A stretch of DNA of 63,964 nucleotides, counting the filler, from Lenisia limosa (taxonomy: Eukaryota > Protista > Breviatea), in assembly GCA_001655205.1 (NCBI GenBank). It is 14 parts of 14 records of this genome, joined end to end, with 100 filler letters (N's around TTAATTAATTAA, not from the genome) between each part and the next. Parts side by side here need not be neighbours in the genome. Positions count along the whole stretch, not along the records: positions 47,028 to 55,105 come from LPNZ01003613.1; positions 55,206 to 57,289 come from LPNZ01005939.1; positions 57,390 to 60,158 come from LPNZ01005176.1; positions 60,259 to 61,657 come from LPNZ01007620.1; positions 61,758 to 62,863 come from LPNZ01002425.1; positions 62,964 to 63,964 come from LPNZ01000468.1; 8 more parts are not named here. The stretch is one strand, 5' to 3'. The notes under the pieces were generated by a model that saw nothing but the letters and a program-made list of their open reading frames with translations, was not told where the DNA came from and did no database searches. Positions within the stretch are counted from its first letter, which is position 1; each line of letters begins with the position of its first letter. Below, piece after piece: positions 51,276 through 63,240 of the stretch. A program made the translations under genes and the position numbers.

Positions 51276-54200
51276 ATGTCATGTAGTGGTGAAGATTTCG
51301 ATCTCAAGGTGGCTGAAGAGTTGATTGCTGATGGGACAGATGAAGAATCTAAATCACCGTCAAACTCGCAAGAATGTTGAGGGGGGGGGGTCATAATATC
51401 TTTTGAGGGATTTAATGATTTAATGATGACTCTTAGGATAACCTTCTTTATATGTAAAACCCAAGGATGATGCCATGAATTACGATCTAGTGCCAAAGGA
51501 TGAAGCCGACGTTGATTCCGTCAAAATCGAGGAGATAGACCCGTCACCATCCCCAGAGATATATGATAGTATTGGTTAGGGGGGGGGGGNNNNNNNNNNN
51601 NNNNNNNNNNNNNNNNNNNNNNNNNNNNNNNNNNNNNNNNNNNNNNNNNNNNNNNNNNNNNTCAAAAAGATCTCTTTTGGAAGCAGAATGAGACACGATT
51701 GGCACTCGCATTTGCAATTACTCTCCAGAGCTCAGCCCCACTCCATCCCCCAGTCCGCCGCTTCAAGGGTCACAGGCCAATCTTGTGGAGAATAATGATG
51801 GTGGGTATGTAGGAGGAAATGGAGGAAGCTCACATCGTCGAAGTACAGGCAATTGATAGAATAAGTAGACAAATCCTTTTTTTTTTGTTCCTACCCTGTA
51901 CAACGCTCAGACCAAAAATTTTGGAATAGTACATAAAAACCTATCATATGCATACCTTCCACTATGAACATATATAAATGACAATGTGGTGTTTCAGACA
52001 GCATTTTTATTTTCTCTCTCACAATGCCACTTTAGACTATCCTCCCCCTTCGCTACTTTTTGTCTTTATTTCGGCTCTAATTGATGGGGTCGGTTTCTCC
52101 GTCATGGTCCCTATTTTGCCGTACTTTGCAGAAGAGTGGGTTGGACAACTCCTGTTTTCTTGGGTGTAAAAGTTTTGTATACCTTCCATTCTTCACTTAT
52201 TGCCATGTAAAATACACCCCGCTTTGAGTAAACTCTTGATTATTGTTTGTTTTTGCGGATCTTACGCCCCTACAGATTAGGAGCAAATGCTTTCATGTTG
52301 GGAATCTTAGTTGGGTCGTATGCAGTAACTCAGTTACTCTCTACTATGTTCGGTAGGCTATTTTGACTGGTTATCATTCTATTTTGTGTAATTATCATGA
52401 TAAAAATAAATTTGTGGTATTCAAACCAAACACTCGGTTGTCTTTTTAAAAAAACCAAAGAGCGATATTTTATTTATGGATTCACTATTTACAGGTCACA
52501 TTTCATAGTTGCAGGTGGTAAGATCAGTGACAGCTGGGGGCGCAGACCTGTCATCCTGCTATTCATCATAGGATCGTCCGTGAGCTATCTCGTTGCCGGT
52601 TGGATGGGTTGCTCGAGGCGGAATATTCCTATTTTTTAAATTCCTGTTTTAAACAGGTTCTACTATAGTACACACTATATTGTATATAATAAATAATATG
52701 CATATCATATACGTATGCATATTGTAGCGTTCGTAGTACACCGCATGTCATATGATATATTTGTATATTGATCATATCATATTGGTATATAATCAAGTAT
52801 ACTCTTATATCATATTGGTATATAATCAAGTATACTCTTATATCATATCGATATGTATCCACATAATATATCATATATACATGTGCATGCATCAGATGTA
52901 AATATATTGTAAATAGAAGGGGGGGGGTCAATTTTTCGTCCTCTGATTGCTTTATTAACTGTATGCAAGCTATCTCGTCTAATTGAATACCAGTTGTTAG
53001 AAACACCTTGGTTACATTCATAGGACTCTCCACCACCTACGAAATGTTTCTCTTTGCCCGACTTCTTGGCGGACTCTTTTCTGGTACTGTCACTGTGGCT
53101 CAGGCCTATATCAGCGATTCAAGATCCGGCGTNNNNNNNNNNNNNNNNNNNNNNNNNNNNNNNNNNNNNNNNNNNNNNNNNNNNNNNNNNNNNNNNNNNN
53201 NNNNNNNNNNNNNNNNNNNNNNNNNNNNNNNNNNNNNNNNATCCATACTTTCTCTAATTGTTTTTCGAAAGTTCAATCAACATAATCTTACGTTTTTGTT
53301 TTATTTTTTTTATGATTGCTTCATGATAAAATATTATTGTTCAAAGCTCTTCCGAATCTCCTGAAAAAGAAGATATTGCCAAGTTATTTTTTAGCTTGAC
53401 CGCAAAGTCAATCAGGCCCGCGTGGGCATGATGGTCGGGCTCGCTTTCATTGTTGGCCCTCTCATAGGTACACGGATGGTGGAAATGAGGTACTAACGTG
53501 CAGTCATGGATTTCTTTCTTAGATGACACGATTCTATCTGAGGTCTTCAGGTGGAGCAATGTCAGAGGTGTCGCTCAGATTCCCCCTATTCTTCTCGTCG
53601 TTTGTTGCCTTTATATCGTTCATTCTTGCCCTGTTTAATCTCAAGGTTGGAGCGGATTGTTGCCACTTGGTATCATATCCCCATTTTTTTCTCCTACTTA
53701 AGCTTCATGGAAGTCCTCTCATTACATAGGAATCGATGGTGACGGCCCCAATCACTTTCCTTACTCCCGCCTCTCTGAGAGCGCATGACAGACCCATCCC
53801 AAGAATAGGTACCTGGGTATCCCATGGTAAAGTTGTATTCATTTACCCTTATATTGAATTAGTTACCTTTTTGTTTTAGACAGAAAATTTACTTATATGG
53901 AAAGCAATACCTAAACAACCAGCACACCTATTTGTTCTTCAGGCAATGTCTAGCCACTTATTGACGCTGTAGATTCTGACATCGCTCCAAATGCGGAGTC
54001 AGAACAGGTAGGAATAATATGATAGTGTTGATACTTCGAGTATAATCATCGAGTATAATCGTCGACAATTAGTGCTTTATATTGAACTGTTTGCAAAACT
54101 GTTTGAGTTGACAATTAACAATGCTATTATCAATAGGTTTACTATTTTTGAAACCAAGTTGATTTCTAATTGATGTGACCCCCCCCCCCTCCTCTTTATT

Positions 54201-55105
54201 CAGGAATCTCAGTCGAAGGTTATCGATAACCGTCCGCCGTCAGTGATCTTAGTCATCATGGGGGTGGCGTTCTTCATGTATAGTGTCATGGGCCTCATGG
54301 CCGCGGTTTATGGGCTTTATATGCAGTTTGTGGGGTAGAGTGGATGGATGGCATCGTTGTTTTTTTTATTATTATTACTTTAGGGAGGAATTTGGCCACG
54401 GAGCTTTTGTTTTGGGTCTCTTGAACAGTGGAACCGGAATCACCTTCACGTTTGTCCAGGTGGGGTGATAGATTTTAGCAAATCAATACTGTTCATATAA
54501 GATTATGACATGATATGTATAAAAATATAATGCATATCCTTATAGTACTTCTATTTTAAGAGCAAATTATGTAACATTATATACTATATGTATGATATAT
54601 AAATTATGATGTATTTGACCTTCACTCAAAATCACATCTTTCAGATGACACTATTTAAGCCTTGCGTCAAGCACCTTGGTGACAATATCACATGTGGGGA
54701 CTAACTCGCAATATCGGGGGAGCAATATCACTTATTTTCAACAGTCTACCTATGTTGTTATCGGTTTCTTCTTCTCATTGCTCCAACTCTTATGCTATTT
54801 AGACATTATTGGCTTTGCTATGTTTATGACATTACCAACTGTGATTTGGTTCCCTCAGTTTTGGATGCAGGTGGATGGGGGGTGGGGTACACACATTTTT
54901 TTTATATATGAATGCCGGGGACGCAACTTATGAATTGAACGGGATAGCGCACATAATATGATATCTGAATGTCTTCTGTTTTTTTTTAAGCTGTCAATAT
55001 CATCTGAAATAAATTTATCTAAAAATATTTTTTTGCATAAATTTCATTGTAAGGCCAATCACTTCTTACACCCCAGGTTGTCATTATTATGTTTGCCTTT
55101 ATGGG
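51276..55105 (+). CDS. Major facilitator superfamily transporter (DHA1/TetA-like) with acidic N-terminal extension, 3'-truncated
   Basis: LLFVFISALIDGVGFSVMVPILPYF; motif A GKISDSWGRRPV; FARLLGGLFSGTVTVAQAYISD; RAKSIRPAWA/GLAFIVGP-type TM5 region. Confidence 0.9.
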
Positions 55106-55329
55106 NNNNNNNNNNNNNNNNNNNNNNNNNNNNNNNNNNNNNNNNNNNNTTAATTAATTAANNNNNNNNNNNNNNNNNNNNNNNNNNNNNNNNNNNNNNN
55201 NNNNNCTGTATATAGTAATGAGATAAAATATAAGGTTGTATCTGACTGAAGCCGTCCACACCATCACATATCATATATTGAAATAATTCAATGTATTTTG
55301 TATCATCAAACAACATATCCCCCTCCTAC

Positions 55330-57289
55330 AGCCTCCCGTTTGGTAGCTTGAATTTCAGCTTGCTTTTTGGCGATTAAATTACTGGGGGTGAGGTTGTCCA
55401 GCGAAATGTTGAAGTTCTGCGGGGGGGGGGGGGGGGNNNNNNNNNNNNNNNNNNNNNNNNNNNNNNNNNNNNNNNNNNNNNNNNNNNNNNNNNNNNNNNN
55501 NNNNNNNNNNNNNNNNNNNNNNNGTATTATTTGGTCCGTAAAAAAACCCCAGATCCAATACAAAAAACAGTATTGTACCCCCCAACCTTGAAAAGAACCT
55601 CAATTTCGTAGCGAAGCGAACCCTTCTCCTCCAGTCTGTGGAAATTAGAAGCATTATGAAGAACAGTATAATGTATTTACGAAGAAAACTACGAGGAAGT
55701 TGATGAAGAAAAGTGTAGTAGTAGTTGAGTTTCAATTGAAACCGGAACATCCGGGAGAGAGAGAGAGAAGAGAGAGACCTCACCCCCCTCCTCCTCCCAC
55801 CGAATCAACTCAGCAAGAAGCCTCAGAATGGCGACAGTCCAGGGACAAGGGGGCTTAAACGCACGTGACTTATTGGCGCATTCCATGAGCTTGCAGATGG
55901 AGGGGAGAATGCCGTGGAGACGGTGTTCGACCTTTGCGTTGACGAGAATTTCCTAATATGGTAAATATGGTAACGGGGTTTCCTAATGACTATGTAGTAT
56001 TATATATGAATAATATTTAAGTAAAACTTACCTTAATAGGAAGGAGCTTGTGCAGAACGGGTCTGTCACGTGCGAGAGTCTGGATTCCGAGCCACATTGA
56101 AAGGTTCTTCAGCAACACACGGTCACTGTGATTTTCCAGCTAAAGTGTGAGGAAAAATATGGTCAGTTCCCCCGCGGAGAAACTGCAGGGGGAAGTAAAA
56201 CGAGTAAAGTCGAAAAACATCCCCGCTAACAACACACGAGGGTTGATACAAAACCGGTAACATAAAATATTAACCCATGAAGAATATTGGCCTCAAGGTA
56301 CAAATCATGAACCGAAACTCCAAACAAACAAAAAACAAGCAATAACAAACATGAGCAACCAACGCTAAAACTAGATAAAAGCCAGATGACAAAAACACAA
56401 AACAAAAAGTGGTTCGGCAAACACAAAGCACAAAACAAAACAAACACACATACAGCCATTAAAATCAAAACAACAGCACAAAAAAACAAAACAAAGGGGC
56501 ACAAGTCAAAGGTTACTTGAAAAAATAGTAAGATGAGGGGAATTTGGATGAAGAATATTGGGGTAAAGGTAAAAAAAAAAAACAATTTGACGCTAACAGT
56601 GGGAGATTTGATGAGGACATTTATGTTGGCGTAAGTGCGCGCCAATACTGCGCGTGCGAGGCTGGAGGGTGGAATTAGCGGGGCTCAGAATAAGAATACA
56701 AATTATAATAATAAAGTTCATTAAAAATAAAAATATATATACTACACTATAAAAAAATAATTCCTGGGGAGTTATGAGAACCAAAACAAAGCAATGATTC
56801 AAATGAAAAACCCTCAATACCTAGGGAAGTTGGGGGGGAAGATGTCATCAAGGCTGTTCACAAAGGCGAAGTAGGTCTGATGAAAGTTCGTTTCGATACT
56901 CGCGCGTTTGATAACGACTTCGAAGTGAGATTTAGATTATTATTTTTTGTATTTTTTTTTGATAATTATAATGTCGCACTGGGGTTTGGTACCAATGAAC
57001 GGAATAAGTCTTGAACGATTTGCTGTGTGATTTACCAAGTAAAATCGGTCAAGACGTATCCTGATCACTGTTCATCGCCGATTTTGTCTTGCTCCCAGAG
57101 AAAAAAAAAAGACTAGTAAGGGTTGTTTTTGACTCATCGTATCCAAAACAGGAAGAAACAACCTTCTATATTAGGCAGGTCCCGACTTACCATATTGGGC
57201 AATAAAGGGCACATCGGCTGGTGTGAGAAGCGGGACCAGTTTTTGGGCCTTTTCCTGGACATTGTCGATGCCGAGACTGTTGAACGTCA
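55330..57289 (-). CDS. CNOT1: CCR4-NOT subunit 1 (Not1), internal fragment covering the CAF1-binding MIF4G region
   Basis: VVIKRASIETNFHQTY; DRVLLKNLSMWLGIQTLARDRPVL; RAFKPPCPWTVAILRLLAEL; LRYEIEVLFK; NLTPSNLI. Two apparent indels (about 57220 and 56640). Confidence 0.92.
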
Positions 57290-57549
57290 NNNNNNNNNNN
57301 NNNNNNNNNNNNNNNNNNNNNNNNNNNNNNNNNTTAATTAATTAANNNNNNNNNNNNNNNNNNNNNNNNNNNNNNNNNNNNNNNNNNNNACACACACACA
57401 TACACAGTGCTCTTCAACCCTCCATAACTAAATTAATTGTGTTACGTATTATATCTACACAACTATCATATCATATACAGTGGATTTGCTCTGAAGTTGG
57501 AAAATAGGTCAAGACTTATCCCGGTCACTGTATACTATATATACACCGC

Positions 57550-58542
57550 AGACCTGTGTTTGGACACGCATGTGGTCGACCAGTGTCCTGGCATCTGCCG
57601 ACAATCCGCTCGAGGCGCACCCACAGTGAGTGTCCAGCTTCATGATCTTTTCCAGACTGGAATTGGGGGGGGGGGNNNNNNNNNNNNNNNNNNNNNNNNN
57701 NNNNNNNNNNNNNNNNNNNNNNNNNNNNNNNNNNNNNNNNNNNNNNNNNNNNNNNNNNNNNNNNNNNNNNNAATTGGGGGTATCTATCAAGCCTACCTTG
57801 CAGGTTCCATGAGGATGGAGGGGATTCTTTTCTCGACAGCGATCACCACTCCCTCTACTGTCTGGATGGCAACTGCAGTTGACCCAAGCTGAAAGGGGAG
57901 GGGAAGGTAAAATGGGAAATTGTTGAAACAAATAATGACAAACGAGCCCAGGCCAGTCGCTTCTGCAGTACCATCACTGGAAAAATGGTGTTTTGATTTT
58001 TTTAAAAAAAAACAGAGAAAAATGAATCCTTGCGACAAAAAAACGAAGTATCAAAAAGGGTGGATATCTCCCAATGTACATGTAGGGCGATACTAAAGAT
58101 CGGGGCGGAATAGAGAAGGAGAAGAGAGTAGGAGAAATCAACAAGAAGCGCAATGGAAACAGCAACAAAAAGGGTAACGAAAACAACAAAGGGGAAAAAA
58201 TAAATAAACAACTCTTAGATACTTTGTGTAAAGAAAAAAAACAAAAACAAAACAAAACAACCAAACTCAACGAAAAAGCTACAAAGATGGACATTGTTGA
58301 AACACAGTGAAATACCCAATATCAGAAATCATGAGGGTTATGCTGAAAGAGAGATATCAATCATTTTGTCATCTAGAATTGAGATTCGAGACCATTTGTT
58401 CATCACACCTTTGACGCTTCTAATGCATATTCGAGTTGATGGATGCGACCTTCAGGGGAGAAGGTATTCACTCCTTGATCGTACTCACTTCTAAAAGGTA
58501 TTAATACACGATAAAGAGGTAAAGGTACCTTGTTTGGAACAT
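57550..58542 (-). CDS. PSMA5: 20S proteasome subunit alpha-5, 3'-truncated
   Basis: [61 protein letters not shown]...[35 protein letters not shown]. Confidence 0.96.
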
Positions 58543-58964
58543 TATACAAAGTCGAAAGTAGATTTGTCGTCAGATGCTCTAGGTCTCTCTTATGAAATAA
58601 ATATATGTTGTATCGAGACTGTATCGGTAACACTATAACAACAATAAGCGGTACAGCTTCAATAATTTTTTTTTGCATTAACGTGTGTACTCCTGGTTTC
58701 TTCATTTATATGATTTGTGTGAACCAGTATTTAATTCCGCTGCCGGAACTCACTTGTCATTTTTTTTTCGAGTTTTTTTATCCTCTTTGTCTTTTGTTAA
58801 ATTGTAGAAGGTATGATATTTGGAAAATGAAGGATGAAGCTGTTTTTTGTGTCTTATTTTTTCCGAGGAATGTTTCCTCACCCAGAAGATTTTGCACACG
58901 TTGAATTTGGTCAATATCAGTATTTAAAACTTCCCACCAAGATTTATGTTTTTCACCAAGTTAG

Positions 58965-60101
58965 ATGCAATCCCTTGTCACTAAGACCGCCAATGTGGCC
59001 GCCATGCTCCCTAAGGCTTCCCCCACCCTTCAACGCGCCTACACCCGTTAGTTTTTCGCAATTTCCAAGGAGAGACTAATTACTTTCCAGGCTTGGCCGA
59101 CTGGAAGGCTATGCCCAAGGTAGTTTCCGCTGATGAGGCTGTTCGTGATATTAAGAGCAACGACCGCGTCTTTTGCCACATGGTGAGATTAAATCTTCTC
59201 CCCTGAGCTGCTCTAACGTTTTCCTAGGCTGCTGCCTTCCCTCAGGAGCTTGTGTGGGCCATGGCTAACCGAAAGGAAGAGCTGAAAAACGTTGAGGTTG
59301 GTTCTCTCCGATTTGGTTTGATCCACTGTTGATACTAATTGTGATTGTGATTGTAATTCTCTTTTTCTTTCAACAAATACCAGAAATTGTTGCTCACATT
59401 TTATTTTTGATGATTATTGAGTGGTATGGAGCAGCAGCGACTTCAGATTGGATACCTCCTTACATTATCGTATTATTCAGGTCTGCACCTGTCATACTGA
59501 TGGTGATGCTGCCTACACACACCCTGATATGGAAGGTGTTTTCCGCCACAACGCTTTCTTCACTGGTACGTTTCTTGGCTAGATATAACCTAACTTCATT
59601 TCTAATATTTAATATGAAATGGTGGAAAGTCAACTTGTGGTATTTTTCTTGACCCTCCAGCCTCTAACTCTCGTCGTGCTGTCCAGGAAGGCCGCGCCGA
59701 CTTCACTCCAGGTTCGTTATCAATGATCATTTTCAACGAGCATTTTAGAATGAAGCATCTATTTTTTTCTATATTGCCAAAACTTTTCTATTGTGTTGCT
59801 TTTTTTGATCACATTAGTCAATCTCAATGAGGCACCTGGGCTCTTCCGTCAGGACTACCTTCCCCTTGACGTTGCCCTCCTGCATTGCTCCGAGCCCGAT
59901 CAACATGGGTATGTTCTTATATATAAATGAAGAAGAACACTCCGCAATACTAAGGCTTATAGTTCTTGATTTTGTTTATAAATAGCAAAAATCATATATT
60001 CATATATTTCCATCTTTCACCTTCTCAGCTACGTTTCCCTGGGTACCTCTATCGTGGAGGCTTTAGGCGCTGTTGAGAAGGCCAAGACCATTATTGCGCA
60101 G
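58965..60101 (+). CDS. Acetyl-CoA hydrolase/transferase family protein (4-hydroxybutyrate CoA-transferase or acetate:succinate CoA-transferase 1B-like) with putative mitochondrial presequence, 3'-truncated
   Basis: Seven exons read MQSLVTKTANVAAMLPKASPTLQRAYTRLADWKAMPKVVSADEAVRDIKSNDRVFCHMAAAFPQELV...FRHNAFFTASNSRRAVQEGRADFTPVNLNEAPGLFRQDYLPLDVALLHCSEPDQHGYVSLGTSI...AKTIIAQ. Confidence 0.88.
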
Positions 60102-60888
60102 GTACACAGGATGGGGTCAAACTACTAAGCCAAGAGTCCTGGTTCGGCACTCGTCTTTNNNNNNNNNNNNNNNNNNNNNNNNNNNNNNNNNNNNNNNNNN
60201 NNTTAATTAATTAANNNNNNNNNNNNNNNNNNNNNNNNNNNNNNNNNNNNNNNNNNNNTGAAGGAAATTTCAAAGAAAAGTATGAGCAGATAAAGCTGAA
60301 AAATAGAGCATTATAATCTAAAACTATCATTACGCCATCAATCAAACAATAGACACCAAAATACCAGTAGGGAGCCAAAATAAAGTCCACCAACCTGAGG
60401 AATGGATGTTGGCAGAACAGCTTGTGACGGACTTGTGACGCTGAACGTGGGGAGGTCAACTGCGGAGTTTTCATCGCTTCCCGGACTGGTGGGNNNNNNN
60501 NNNNNNNNNNNNNNNNNNNNNNNNNNNNNNNNNNNNNNNNNNNNNNNNNNNNNNNNNNNNNNNNNNNNNNNNNNNNNNNNNNNNNNNNNNNNNNNNNNNN
60601 NNNNNNNNNNNNNNNNNNNNNNNNNNNNNNNNNNNNNNNNNNNNNNNNNNNNNNNNNNNNNNNNNNNNNNNNNNNNNNNNNNNNNNNNNNNNNNNNNNNN
60701 NNNNNNNNNNNNNNNNNNNNNNNNNNNNNNNNNNNNNNNNNNNNNNNNNNNNNNNTCACCCAAACATGGAAGGTGGGGGAGTAAAATTGGAAAATTTAGG
60801 ACACAACTGTTGGCTGACAACACACAAGGTTTGATAACAACAACACGAGAACAACCAGAATCAGTTCAATTGGCTTGAAAGAGACAAG

Positions 60889-60988
60889 TTAGGCTTCACT
60901 TCGGTTCAAAAAATACCGGTAAAATATCGATAATTTTCGAAGTTTTATCGAAAAATTCAGTCTTTTTTCGATCCGAAGTGAAGCCCCA
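60889..60988. mobile_element. Family A hAT-like MITE nested inside a family B copy
   Basis: 100 bp with TIRs; perfect TSD GAGACAAG. Confidence 0.9.
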
Positions 60989-61757
60989 GAGACAAGGGTT
61001 AAAACAAAGCCCAGGCCAGTCGNNNNNNNNNNNNNNNNNNNNNNNNNNNNNNNNNNNNNNNNNNNNNNNNNNNNNNNNNNNNNNNNNNNNNNNNNNNNNN
61101 NNNNNNNNNNNNNNNNNNATAGAATATATGGGAAGAAAAAAGAACTCAAAATGAAAGAGTGGTTTCATTTCTCAAAGACGGATAAAATATCGATATTACA
61201 AAGAATTCGGTCTTTTTAGCCCCCATCAACAAAATCAATCCTCTTACCCTCCTGGCGGAACCACAAGAGGAGGAATCGGTGAAGGGGTCTGAGAAGTTAA
61301 CAATAAGAACAGAATCTCTTTCGGGTTAATAGAATTCATGAATAGTAATATATTGTGTGTAATATATTTATCTTGTTGAGCTTTACATTCGGTTCAAAAG
61401 TTGACTGGGTTCTTGAGAAATATCATTAGGGCTTCACTTTTTCATAGGTTTTTCTGAACCGAAGTGAAGCCCTAGTTACATACGATATGTGAATGTGTGA
61501 AGAATAACCTAGCGAGTGTGAAAATATGAAATAGTTCTTTGTTTATAGCACCCTTCTGAATTAATTATTTTATCAGAGTCAGAAAGAATTTCTTGGCCTA
61601 AAAAGGTATTCCAGCCCCACGGCGGAGATAAGAGATGTGGAGTGCACGGAGTTACGCNNNNNNNNNNNNNNNNNNNNNNNNNNNNNNNNNNNNNNNNNNN
61701 NTTAATTAATTAANNNNNNNNNNNNNNNNNNNNNNNNNNNNNNNNNNNNNNNNNNNN

Positions 61758-62760
61758 TGAGACGGCGCAAATGAGAGAGCGTTGACGCGAAGGTTAGTCT
61801 GTGGCAAGATGAATTGATAATGATGAATAGAGATGTGCACGATGAATATGGGAAGTAGATTATCGAAACCGAACCATCAGGTATACTGTGATATTATCGT
61901 TAAAATATCGATATTATTGAGGATTTATCGAGAAATGCGTCAACTTTGAATTGATAGCTTAAAGATTCCATTTCGATCCAAAGAATGAATTGATAAATCA
62001 ACAGTGAATATGAGAACAAGGCATACTACAATTGATGTAGAAATTGACCCTACCTGTTCAGCACCTGCGACACACCAGGCTTGCCGTTGCCTTGTCCTTG
62101 TTCACCCCAGTTGCCCTGAGTAGTTAAAATGGTCATGTATGACTCGGCAGTCGATCATATGATCATGTCATAGGATGATATGGGTCAGTATTTCAACCCC
62201 CCCCCCCCCNNNNNNNNNNNNNNNNNNNNNNNNNNNNNNNNNNNNNNNNNNNNNNNNNNNNNNNNNNNNNNNNNNNNNNNNNNAGTAGCCAAAGAGTATT
62301 TGAGGCCATTAGAGATTGTGTTGGCGCGGACGGCGTGGTGGATGTTAATGGGCTTGTTGCTGTTGACTTGGCTTTGGACGTAACCACGGACCTAGGGGGA
62401 GAGGGGGAGTTGAATTGGAAAATTTAAGAACCAAAAAGAGATTGGACAATTATAAAACAAAAACAAAACAAAAAGCCCAAATCGATGATGGCTTAGCAAC
62501 AGGGGTGATGGTAAAGCGGGAAGGAGACGGGGGGTGGGGAATGCATTGAAGTTCAATGAAACTAGGATCATAGAGATCCGGGGGTTGTGTATTGAGAAAG
62601 AACTACAGCATGTAACTAATGCTAGAAATGCTACAAAAGCCAACCTCCTTTGTCATTCGTCGGAAGAGTTGTCGGAAGAGGCTGTGCATTAGCGGTCCGG
62701 CCAGCTCACAACGCTTGTTGGAGTAGTGGTCTCTGTCGTCAATGGGGCGGCGACCTTGTT
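61758..62760 (-). CDS. RPB2: RNA polymerase II second-largest subunit, internal fragment
   Basis: [31 protein letters not shown]; [11 protein letters not shown]; GNWGEQ...GVSQVLNR; [13 protein letters not shown]. Confidence 0.93.
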
Positions 62761-63240
62761 TGTTAGGGGGGAAAGTGGAGGACGGTGCAGCGCGTTAAAC
62801 AGCCCCCCCCCCCACACAAAAAATATAGCAATGAGAAATAAAAAAATAAGGTTGTATATGACTNNNNNNNNNNNNNNNNNNNNNNNNNNNNNNNNNNNNN
62901 NNNNNNNTTAATTAATTAANNNNNNNNNNNNNNNNNNNNNNNNNNNNNNNNNNNNNNNNNNNNGGGGGGGGGGGGCTAATAACAATTATGAAACTGCTGT
63001 GAGGAGAACTTTTTGATGGGTTTTTTGGTTGGTTCTCTTACACTACGTACGGCGCATCGACTTGACATCCCATGCAATATATCTATCTCTTCATCACGCC
63101 TGATTTTTGGTTTTGTCTTGTTCAAAAGCGACTGGCCTTTGTTTGTTTTGTTAATATCAACCCTTGTGTGTTGTCAGCCAACAAAGTTGATTTGAGCTTT
63201 GATTTGTTTCATAACTTTCCAATTTTACCCTCCCCCCCAG

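Noticed and set aside
51689-51691. In-frame TGA in the MFS N-terminal region as readthrough or an alternative genetic code
   Set aside because: An AG acceptor immediately after it restores the frame, the adjacent sequence is a gap, and no internal stops were needed in the conserved genes.
56630-57230. Two reading-frame shifts in CNOT1 as programmed frameshifting or RNA editing
   Set aside because: Both fall in short repeats (an A-run in CAAAACTG and GCGCAC), typical of sequencing indels. Read pile-ups versus cDNA would settle it.
60778-60795. Antisense B segment TAAAATTGGAA resembling U6 snRNA
   Set aside because: Only an 11-nt match, with no ACAGAGA box or 5' stem-loop.
55206-62863. Isolated middle fragments of CNOT1 and RPB2, and truncated NRDE2 and kinase genes, as split or trans-spliced genes
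   Set aside because: Every truncation coincides with a linker. Fragmented assembly explains it, and synteny across linkers cannot be trusted.
5776-62919. Recurrent TTAATTAATTAA motif as a biological signal
   Set aside because: It is always centred in ~100-nt N gaps and is a six-frame-stop scaffolding linker.
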